From: Planctomycetota bacterium
Lineage (GTDB): Bacteria > Pseudomonadota > Gammaproteobacteria > Eutrophobiales > Eutrophobiaceae
Reading direction: 5' to 3'
Assembly: GCA_047638675.1 (NCBI GenBank)
Contig: JBLIML010000003.1
Span: 20,525 to 84,524 of the forward strand
Length of the DNA stretch: 64,000 nt
Shown: piece by piece, positions 18,754-26,318 of the stretch
How positions within the stretch are numbered: position 1 is the first letter of the stretch
Layout: each line of letters begins with the position of its first letter
Notes under the pieces: generated by a model
Told to the model about the DNA's origin: nothing
Database searches by the model: none
What the model saw: the letters and a program-made list of their open reading frames with translations, nothing else
Made by a program: the position numbers and the translations under genes

Positions 18754-19931
18754 TCGCGATCATCTCTTACGACCGTTCCACCTTGCATGACGAAAAATAT
18801 TTCCCTGAGATTTCGGACATCTTCAACAGGATTAGCAGTAGTGGCAATGAAATCGGCTTTGGCACCGGGTTTTATTACCCCCAGATTATTACTATTTATA
18901 AGTTTAGCCGCATTTAGCGTAGCTGTTTGTACAGCCTCTAGAGGACTTAATCCTGCTTCAACACAGTGTTCCATTTCGCGTACTGCGATTGGCGCTCCGT
19001 CATCGCTGTCACCAGGGGGAATATCCGTGCCATTGACGAGGGTGACCCCAGCTTTAACCGCAGTCTTTATACTTTCTAAATGATCAGGTGCCGCAGAGAC
19101 CGCTTTACAAATTGTCCACTCCTCAAAACCATGCTGACTCATCCAGTCTTTTGAACGTGTCACACCAAGTGTAGGTACGATAAAGCCATTGACTTCTTTT
19201 ATTGCGGATGCCGTTTTGGCATCAAGATTATAGGTATGTTCAAAACAGCGTACACCGGCCTTGATGCCTTTCATGATTGGTCCTGAATCTCCAACGTGTG
19301 CACATACATAAGTACCTTTACTTTTGGCAACTTCAACCGTCGCGCGAATTTCTTCATCGGTCATTTGCGATTCATCGAATGTTTCGTCTTTATGGGCAAT
19401 ACCACCTGTCAGGAATATCTTGATATGGTTTGCGCCGGCCAACAGGTCCTCGCGGCACTTCTTTCTGAAGTCGTCAGCACCGTCGGCCTCGGCTGTAAAA
19501 CCGTGTCCATGACCACCTGTCACAGACACTCCCAGGCCCGCTGAAAAGATACGCGGTCCGCTTACCCAGCCAGCGGCAATTGATTTGCGTAAGGCGATGT
19601 CGGCTCGATTCAGCTCACCAACGGTGCGAACTGTTGTGACGCCAGCCTGTAAAGCGTCCTGTCCTCTTCGATAGGTTCGAAACGCGGTCATCGCGGCATC
19701 TTCATTCGGGTCACTGAGATGAAAGGGAAAAACAATAGTCAGATGCGTATGACAGCTGATTAAACCGGGCAGAATATAGGCACCCTGCATATCAATAACT
19801 TGAGAGCTACCGCTCTCATCAACATTATTATCAATAGAATGGATTTCATCATTTTGGATAGATATTGCGACTTCGCTGATTTTCCCATTCTCTACATTAA
19901 TGACGCGGCAATTTTTTAGAATTTTCAGCAT
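18750..19931 (-). CDS. Amidohydrolase-family metal-dependent hydrolase
   Basis: 393 aa with an intact HxH motif (LISCHTHL) and a typical C-terminus (KADFIATTANPVEDVRNL). It overlaps the hyuA start by 4 nt and is the first gene of the operon. Confidence 0.85.
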   Translation of the reverse strand: MLKILKNCRVINVENGKISEVAISIQNDEIHSIDNNVDESGSSQVIDMQGAYILPGLISCHTHLTIVFPFHLSDPNEDAAMTAFRTYRRGQDALQAGVTTVRTVGELNRADIALRKSIAAGWVSGPRIFSAGLGVSVTGGHGHGFTAEADGADDFRKKCREDLLAGANHIKIFLTGGIAHKDETFDESQMTDEEIRATVEVAKSKGTYVCAHVGDSGPIMKGIKAGVRCFEHTYNLDAKTASAIKEVNGFIVPTLGVTRSKDWMSQHGFEEWTICKAVSAAPDHLESIKTAVKAGVTLVNGTDIPPGDSDDGAPIAVREMEHCVEAGLSPLEAVQTATLNAAKLINSNNLGVIKPGAKADFIATTANPVEDVRNLREIFFVMQGGTVVRDDRE

Positions 19932-20043
19932 TACAAATTTTCACTAGCGAAAGTATAAGAAACCCATTAAACATGGTTATTTAGCAAGATTCAATTGGGG
20001 AAAAGTGCAGTTTCCACTTAAATGGGATAGTTACTGCCTGTAA

Positions 20044-20355
20044 TTGCAATACTTAATGATGGATATACCCGATGCGATGACGGGAGCATGGCAATTCACA
20101 GGAAGAATTGATTATGAACATCAAAGTCAGGTAGATTGGGACTTAAACAATCTCGTTACCACAGATGAGAAGGACTATGTTAATTTATATGCTGGCATTG
20201 AAAACGAAAATTGGACTGTGTACCTATATGGCAGGAACATGCAGAGCGAGCGACAATCAGGGGCTATAGGCACCGATGTATTTGGTTCAGGTATTCATTT
20301 ACGGATGCCTAATAGACCTGCTTCATATGAAATCGGAATTAAAGCGAATTTCTGA
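20044..20355 (+). pseudogene. C-terminal fragment of a TonB-dependent receptor
   Basis: Only the last ~100 aa of a barrel are present, ending in the canonical terminal strand (...ASYEIGIKANF). A stop codon lies immediately upstream and there is no plug or N-terminal barrel. Confidence 0.6.
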
Positions 20356-20369
20356 AACCTACTCAACTG

Positions 20370-20777
20370 ATGGCAAGAAATGAGATGACTGACGATCTGG
20401 ATCTTCTACCCGAAAGGTTTTTCAGTTGGTGGAATGGCGTAATAAAAAGGGATGAAGATGCCTCGGTAGAGGAGTTCAGTCAATATTTTAGTGACAATGC
20501 TGAAATCATTACCAATGAAAAACTAGTCTGCAAAGGGCTTGAGGATATTACTAAACACTTCATGGGCGTCAAAACGAAAACTAGCTCTTGTGCAGCTCGG
20601 TTACCGATGAAAAATGTTTTTTCCAAAGAAAATAAAATATTTGTTCACTATTTAATTGATGCAGCCTACGAGTCAGAGAAACAAGTCATTGCTGTTATGG
20701 GATACATGCTCATCAACTCAGGTAAAATAGAGACAAGCTGTCAACTGCAATATGTTCAGGAATCCAAAATTAGTTAA
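20370..20777 (+). CDS. Hypothetical protein, possibly NTF2/SnoaL-like fold
   Basis: 135 aa with weak resemblance to NTF2-like proteins (FFSWWNGV...F..NAEIITN). No firm family assignment. Confidence 0.3.
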   Translation: MARNEMTDDLDLLPERFFSWWNGVIKRDEDASVEEFSQYFSDNAEIITNEKLVCKGLEDITKHFMGVKTKTSSCAARLPMKNVFSKENKIFVHYLIDAAYESEKQVIAVMGYMLINSGKIETSCQLQYVQESKIS

Positions 20778-20825
20778 AAGCGTTTACAAACCACTTCCTT
20801 AACTTTTTTTTCTGCAAAAAGTGGA

Positions 20826-21190
20826 ACATGCAAAGTGCATGATAAGAAATCCAGTCTCCAGTCTGGACTTTTTAAAGGCCATCTCCTTACCTCAATAGTG
20901 AAATGATAGAATCATTTGCAATTGCTTTTTGTGATACTTCATCGTTGGTCATCGTGATGTAAATCTCTTTGGCCTTGTCCTTACATTGTTGAATTTTGCA
21001 GGTTCCATCTCAATATATAATTACTCATAAATATAAAGGGTGTTATTAAGCACCGTCAAAAAGTAGTTAGGATTCTGGTACGGGTCGCAGCTCCAATATA
21101 ATGTATGGCTTGAACATTCAGGTTTTCTAATTTCATGATATCCCTGATAACTACCTGGTTTAGCTAGTGTATTTATCCTTACTGATTTGT
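20826..21190. repeat. Junction module copy A (hairpin, decayed minus-strand mini-ORF, ~145-bp conserved block)
   Basis: It shares AAAAAGTAGTTAGGATTCTGGTACGGGTCGCAGC...TATTTATCCTTACTGATT nearly base for base with copy B. It shares the decayed ATGGAACCTG..TTCAAC.. segment with copy C. It ends about 50 bp before relB. Confidence 0.7.
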
Positions 21191-21238
21191 GCTATGCTAT
21201 ACACGTATATCAATTCGTTATTACATAGGAACACAGTC

Positions 21239-21451
21239 ATGTTAGCTATCCGTCTGCCGGCCGAAATTGAAGAGCGCCTTGCCTCGCTCGCTGAGCGTAC
21301 CGGTCGTACCAAAACATACTATGCCAGAGAAGCTATCTTGCAATATATGGACGATTTGGAGGACACGTACCTGGCTGCAGAACGGCTCGAGCAAGCCAAT
21401 AAACGCTGGTCCCAGGATGACTTAGAGCAAGGCCTTGACCTGGACCGTTGA
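21239..21451 (+). CDS. relB: Type II antitoxin, ribbon-helix-helix (RelB/ParD-like)
   Basis: 70 aa from the Met at 21239. RHH N-terminus MLAIRLPAEIEERLASLAERTGRTKTYYAREAI. It overlaps the toxin gene. Confidence 0.8.
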   Translation: MLAIRLPAEIEERLASLAERTGRTKTYYAREAILQYMDDLEDTYLAAERLEQANKRWSQDDLEQGLDLDR

Positions 21452-21701
21452 GTGGGACGATAAAGCCCGACGAGAACTTCGGAAACTCAACCGATCCACA
21501 CAAGGCGACATCCTGCGCTACTTTCGTGAAAGAATCATGGTCGATGATGATCCACGTCGCTTCGGCTTAGCGTTAGTACATGAACTACAGGGCTTATGGC
21601 GTTATCGTATCGGCGACTACCGGGTAGTGTGTCAAATCCAGGATGAGCAGTTAATCGTATTAGCCCTTATCGTCGGCCATCGTCGTAACATTTATCGGTG
21701 A
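21435..21701 (+). CDS. relE: Type II toxin, RelE/ParE superfamily
   Basis: 88 aa, ending with the RelE-like pattern WRYRIGDYRVVCQIQDEQLIVLALIVGHRRNIY. It has a TTG start and overlaps relB by 17 nt. Confidence 0.85.
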   Translation: MTWTVEWDDKARRELRKLNRSTQGDILRYFRERIMVDDDPRRFGLALVHELQGLWRYRIGDYRVVCQIQDEQLIVLALIVGHRRNIYR

Positions 21702-21746
21702 TGAACCTGTGTTGTATCTGGTTAATCAGCAGTAAAAAGAAGTCAC

Positions 21747-21985
21747 GACATGTACGTGAACATAAAATCCAGTCTCCGGTCTGGATTTTTTTATGGGTAA
21801 ACCCATATAACAAATCAATAACATAAGAAAAGTGAGTTGTTCAGCGCCGTCAAAAAGTAGTTAGGATTCTGGTACGGGTCGCAGCCCCTATATAATGTAT
21901 AGCTTGAACAGCCCGAATTACTAACTCACTGATATCCGTGATAACTAGCTGGTTTAGTTGGGGTATTTATCCTTACTGATTCATG
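21747..21985. repeat. Junction module copy B (hairpin plus ~145-bp conserved block; no mini-ORF segment)
   Basis: 21844-21985 aligns almost base for base with 21049-21190. The upstream hairpin segment aligns with 20826-20875. Confidence 0.7.
21766..21792 (+). terminator. Rho-independent terminator-like hairpin downstream of relE
   Basis: AATCCAG-tctccggt-CTGGATT followed by a T-run. An A-run upstream suggests it could work in both directions. A weaker paralog lies at 20850-20872. Confidence 0.5.
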
Positions 21986-22156
21986 ACAGTTGTTGTGGCA
22001 TAACAATTCATGATTATGAATTTATCGCAGTTATCAACTAGATAGATCACTCTGAAAAATACTGGTTAAGATTTTGTGCAGAGAGGTGTGATGAATTTTG
22101 TAGAGAGTTTGCTGGCGGGTTTTGGTAGACCTGTCATTTATAGGTAATCGGTTAAT

Positions 22157-22258
22157 AAAAATACCCCACGCAATACCCCCAAATTTTCTTCAAGCATAGA
22201 TAATCTCAAATATCGAACAAGTTTGGATTTTTATGCTCTGATTTATTACTCGCCATGC
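22157..22258. repeat. Direct repeat D1 flanking the permease islet
   Basis: It aligns over ~100 bp with 23516-23616, roughly 70% identical by eye. It contains the doublet ATACCCC-N5-ATACCCCC and ends in ACTCGCCATGC. Confidence 0.6.
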
Positions 22259-22269
22259 GCGGCTAGATA

Positions 22270-23385
22270 GTGAACAATCGACTCGTAACCTACATAAGCG
22301 TAAAAAATATGATCGAAAGATTTATGCCTTATATTAGTATTTTTCTCTTAACGGTCTGTCAACTGACTTCAGCACAACAGGCAACACCAGAGCGAATTCC
22401 AGTCAAAGTGGTAGTTCTGACCATGTTTGAAAAGGGAGAGGATGTAGCAGATAGGCCCGGAGAGTTTCAAAATTGGGTTGAAAAACTCCCCTTGGCTCAG
22501 TCAATGCCTTTCCCACAAGGATATCGCGATCTGCGATACAGTGATCGAGGTATTTTAGGAGTTGTAACCGGTATGGGTATAGCCAAAGCCGCGGCAAGCA
22601 CGATGGCTATTGGCCTGGACACGCGTTTCGATTTATCCAAAGCGTACTGGATAATTGCAGGCATTGCTGGTGTGGATCCAGAAGACGCGTCGCTTGGTTC
22701 TGCTGTATGGGCTGAATGGGTGATCGATGGAGACCTCTCTCACCAGATCGATACCCGGGAAGTGCCGAGTGCCTGGACAACAGGATATATACCACTTCGC
22801 CAGGCTGAACCTTACGAGCTTCCAGTTCCGGAAAATAATGAAGGTGCAGTTTATCGATTAAATGCTGATTTGGTTGAATGGGCCTATCAACTCACGAAAA
22901 ATGTGAAACTGAAAGACAACGGTAAAATTAAACAACAGCGGGAGTTGTATACGGATCATATTAAAGGGCAAGTTCCTCCATTTGTTTTGAAGGGAGATCA
23001 CCTGGCAGCCTCTACCTATTGGCACGGCGCCTTACTAAATCAATGGGCTAATGACTGGGTACATTACTGGTCAGAAGGCAATGGCAATTTTGTGACATCG
23101 GGTATGGAAGATACCGGGACTTTACAAAGCCTCACATTTCTCGGCAATGCAGGAAAAGTAGATATAAATCGGGTCCTGGTTCTACGTACAGCCAGTAATT
23201 ACACAGTGCAATATCCAGGGATTACGGCATCGCAGAGTCTCAGGGAAACAGTAAAAGGGAAAGGCTATTCAGCATATGTTCCAGCCTTAGATGCGGCTTA
23301 CGAAGTTGGCAGTGTTGTTGTTAATGAGTTAGTTAATAATTGGGTTAAATACAAAGATATGCCACCAGGAAAAGTCACTAGATAA
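22270..23385 (+). CDS. Purine nucleoside permease (NUP family)
   Basis: 371 aa with a signal-like N-terminus. The block IPVKVVVLTMFEKGEDVADRPGEFQNWVEKLPL matches my recollection of PF06516 proteins. The true start is probably an internal Met (22309 or later). Confidence 0.7.
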   Translation: MNNRLVTYISVKNMIERFMPYISIFLLTVCQLTSAQQATPERIPVKVVVLTMFEKGEDVADRPGEFQNWVEKLPLAQSMPFPQGYRDLRYSDRGILGVVTGMGIAKAAASTMAIGLDTRFDLSKAYWIIAGIAGVDPEDASLGSAVWAEWVIDGDLSHQIDTREVPSAWTTGYIPLRQAEPYELPVPENNEGAVYRLNADLVEWAYQLTKNVKLKDNGKIKQQRELYTDHIKGQVPPFVLKGDHLAASTYWHGALLNQWANDWVHYWSEGNGNFVTSGMEDTGTLQSLTFLGNAGKVDINRVLVLRTASNYTVQYPGITASQSLRETVKGKGYSAYVPALDAAYEVGSVVVNELVNNWVKYKDMPPGKVTR

Positions 23386-23515
23386 AATTATATTATTGAA
23401 CAATCAAGAGATTATATAAAACTCTTTGAAACCAAATAATTGGTGCCGATGGCGGGAAGCCAATTACTACAATAACTGACTGAATATTAAAGAGTACATA
23501 TTCAATGGAATATTG

Positions 23516-23616
23516 AAATACCCCTGGCGATACCCCCATTTATTCTTCAAGCATGTATCACCCCAAATACCGAATAATCTTGACCTACTTATGTCCTGAT
23601 TAGTAACTCGCCATGC
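23516..23616. repeat. Direct repeat D2 flanking the permease islet
   Basis: Paralog of D1, in the same orientation. It is followed immediately by a tRNA-like T-loop fragment (minus strand GGTCGCAAGTTCAAATCC). Confidence 0.6.
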
Positions 23617-23744
23617 ACTGGATTTGAACTTGCGACCTCTGCCTCCCGAAGGCCGTGCATTTTCAATCAATTCAGCCCACTTTTTTTTATCATCTGGCAA
23701 GTAAATATTTGCAGCCGCTTCTGATAACCCAATCTGCTTTATAA

Positions 23745-24020
23745 ATTCATCAACAATTGCTTTCCGCGATTCTTCATCGTAGAGTAAATCTCTTTAAGCT
23801 TTGTCTATCTTTGTTGAATTCTTCAGGTTCCATCCCAATATCAGATCACCCATTAATAAGGCGTGTTGTTAAACATTGAGAAAAAGTATTTAGGATTCTG
23901 TCGAGGATGAAGCCCTAATATTGCGTTATGCCGTAGATGGTGCGACTAGCTCGAAACTATAACTATTTGATTACGTTACCAACTTCTGAATAATCGGGTC
24001 TTGATATCCTTACTGATTCG
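23745..24020. repeat. Junction module copy C (decayed mini-ORF plus divergent conserved block) directly upstream of yajC
   Basis: It shares the ATGGAACCTGAAGAATTCAAC... segment with copy A. It also shares the block ends AAAAAGTATTTAGGATTCTG and ATATCCTTACTGATT, while the centre has diverged. Confidence 0.6.
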
Positions 24021-24070
24021 CAATCCGACATGTGGCATAATAGCGCGCTTTCATGAAATGGATTAGCTAA

Positions 24071-24400
24071 ATGTCTGATTTCTTTATAAATAATGCATAT
24101 GCGCAGGCAGCGGGCCCGGCGGGTGGTGGTATGGGTAGTCTGTTTATGTTTGGTATGTTGTTTGTGGTGTTTTACTTTTTCCTTATTCGACCGCAGATGA
24201 AGCAGGCCAAGGAGCACAAAGAAATGGTGGTATCCCTGGCCAAGGGTGATGAGGTGGTCACAACCGGTGGATTACTTGGTCGCATCATTAAGGTCGGCGA
24301 TAATTTTCTGGTTCTTGAGATCGCAAAGGATGTAGAAGTCAAAGTACAGAAACATGCCGTGTCAGCTACTTTGCCGAAAGGCACCAGTAAAACCCTGTAG
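24071..24400 (+). CDS. yajC: Preprotein translocase subunit YajC
   Basis: 109 aa, with a single TM followed by LIRPQMKQAKEHKEM and KGDEVVTTGGLLGRI. It is directly upstream of secDF. Confidence 0.95.
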   Translation: MSDFFINNAYAQAAGPAGGGMGSLFMFGMLFVVFYFFLIRPQMKQAKEHKEMVVSLAKGDEVVTTGGLLGRIIKVGDNFLVLEIAKDVEVKVQKHAVSATLPKGTSKTL

Positions 24401-24436
24401 TTTTTAGTCATACATATAAATCAAAAGTAGGACCTT

Positions 24437-26296
24437 ATGAATCGTTACTCCGCCTGGAAATATATTCTTATTTTGCTCGTCGTGATTTTTGGTGGCATTT
24501 ATGCCTTGCCTAATATTTACGGAAAGGATCCTTCCCTACAAGTCTCAGCATCGCGTGCAGCAGAAATCAGTGAGTTAACCGAAATACTGGTAACGACGGC
24601 GCTGGATGAAGCTGGCATGAAGGCTAAATCCATTGATATCAATGTGGATTCTCTGGTGGTGCGATTTGACAATGAAGATATCCAGCTCAAAGCACAGGAT
24701 GTTGTTAAATCCGCGCTTGGCAGTAATTATGTCGTGGCCTTAAACCTGGCGCCTGCGACACCAGAATGGTTAAGGTCTCTTGGCGCCGAACCCATGTTTC
24801 TTGGTCTGGATTTGCGTGGTGGTGTGCACTTTCTCATGGAGGTGGACATGGTCGCGGCTGTACACAAGGCAGAGGATCGTTATGTTTCTGATCTGAGAAC
24901 CCTGTTGAGGGAGAACAAGGTTCGTTATAAAACAATAGGTCGTCAGGGTAGCGGTGGTTTGCTGGTGCGCTTTCGCGATGAAGAGCAAAAGCTCAGTGGC
25001 GTTAAACTGATTGAAAAAGAATACAATGAATTAGACATCAAAGATGTCGATAGTGACACAGGCGAAGCTCAGGTAGTGGTGAGTATTATCGAGTCAGCTA
25101 TGTTGGAAACCAGGCGACTGGCATTACAACAAAACATCACCACCCTGCGTAAACGCGTGAACGAATTGGGTGTAGCTGAACCTGTAATTCAGCAGCAGGG
25201 ATTAAATCGAGTGGTGGTGCAATTGCCGGGTGTGCAGGATACCGCCAGAGCGAAGGAAATTCTTGGTGCGACGGCGACGCTTGAATTTCGTATGGCCGAT
25301 GAAGAGCACTCAGTACAAGATGCAATAGATGGTCGTATTCCCGCGGGTGCCAGACTGTACGAGAATCGTGATGGGCAACCGATCTTGTTGAAGAAACAGG
25401 TCATGCTCACTGGCGATTATATTATTGATGCCGCCTCTGGCATCGATCAATCGAGCGGTGGTCCCAGTGTCACTATCACCCTGGATGGCAAAGGGGCGAA
25501 AATCTTCAGTAATCGAACGCGTGAGGAAGTTGGGAAGTTGATGGGTGTGGTTTTTATTGAAAACAAATCAGAAACGGTCGAAGTCGATGGCGAGTTTGTG
25601 AAAAAGAAGAAGGTTATCGAAGAGGTTATCAACACGGCCACAATTCGTGAGCAACTTGGTAAACGTTTTCAAATCACCGGGCTGGATTCAACGCAGGAAG
25701 CGCGTAATTTAGCGCTCTTACTGCGAGCTGGTGCGCTGGCTGCGCCCATTGAGATTATTGAAGAACGTACCGTGGGTCCTAGTCTGGGGCAGGATAATAT
25801 CGACAAGGGTTTCGAGTCCGTGATTATCGGTTTTGCACTGGTGCTGGTATTTATGCTGTTCTATTACAAAATGTTTGGCCTCGCCGCAAATATTGCACTT
25901 TCGCTTAACCTGGTTTTGATTGTCGCCTTATTGTCTTTACTGCAGGCCACACTCACTCTGCCAGGTATCGCCGGTATCGTGCTAACGGTGGGTATGGCGG
26001 TGGATGCGAATGTGCTTATATTTCAGCGTATTCGTGAAGAGTTGGCGAATGGTAACTCGCCGCAGGCCAGTATTCATTCCGGTTATGAAAAGGCGTTTTC
26101 GACGATTGCCGATGCCAATATCACCACTCTGATAGCTGCACTGGTTTTGTTTAGTTTCGGGACGGGCCCCATTAAGGGCTTTGCCGTAACACTTTGTCTC
26201 GGCATTATCAGTTCGATGTTCACCTCAATCGTCGTGAGCAGAGGCATCGTCAATGCCATTTACGGTGGCAAGAAATTACAAAAACTCTCTATTTAG
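24437..26296 (+). CDS. secD: Protein translocase subunit SecD
   Basis: 619 aa. N-terminal TM, large periplasmic domain (GLDLRGGVHF), C-terminal 5-TM block. Confidence 0.95.
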   Translation: MNRYSAWKYILILLVVIFGGIYALPNIYGKDPSLQVSASRAAEISELTEILVTTALDEAGMKAKSIDINVDSLVVRFDNEDIQLKAQDVVKSALGSNYVVALNLAPATPEWLRSLGAEPMFLGLDLRGGVHFLMEVDMVAAVHKAEDRYVSDLRTLLRENKVRYKTIGRQGSGGLLVRFRDEEQKLSGVKLIEKEYNELDIKDVDSDTGEAQVVVSIIESAMLETRRLALQQNITTLRKRVNELGVAEPVIQQQGLNRVVVQLPGVQDTARAKEILGATATLEFRMADEEHSVQDAIDGRIPAGARLYENRDGQPILLKKQVMLTGDYIIDAASGIDQSSGGPSVTITLDGKGAKIFSNRTREEVGKLMGVVFIENKSETVEVDGEFVKKKKVIEEVINTATIREQLGKRFQITGLDSTQEARNLALLLRAGALAAPIEIIEERTVGPSLGQDNIDKGFESVIIGFALVLVFMLFYYKMFGLAANIALSLNLVLIVALLSLLQATLTLPGIAGIVLTVGMAVDANVLIFQRIREELANGNSPQASIHSGYEKAFSTIADANITTLIAALVLFSFGTGPIKGFAVTLCLGIISSMFTSIVVSRGIVNAIYGGKKLQKLSI

Positions 26297-26318
26297 TGAA
26301 TCCACTGAAGGCTGAAAG

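Noticed and set aside
23600-23700. Possible tRNA-Pro(CGG) gene on the minus strand (TTCGGGA loop, GGTCGCAAGTTCAAATCC T-loop-like sequence)
   Set aside because: The T-stem (GCAAG/CCAGT) does not pair. There is no recognisable D-arm with the conserved GG. The acceptor halves are not complementary. It is at best a decayed tRNA-derived fragment, so it is reported only as context for the direct repeats.
20826-24020. Integron gene-cassette array, with the 145-bp modules read as attC sites (a toxin-antitoxin pair and small ORFs between repeats, GTTAGGA core-like heptamer, bulged pairing of the module ends)
   Set aside because: The polarity is wrong: the GTTAGGA-like box is at the 5' end and the TCCTTAC box at the 3' end on either strand, whereas attC is RYYYAAC...GTTRRRY. 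Both heptamers deviate from consensus. Conserved sequence extends beyond the putative sites. No intI or attI is present in the window.
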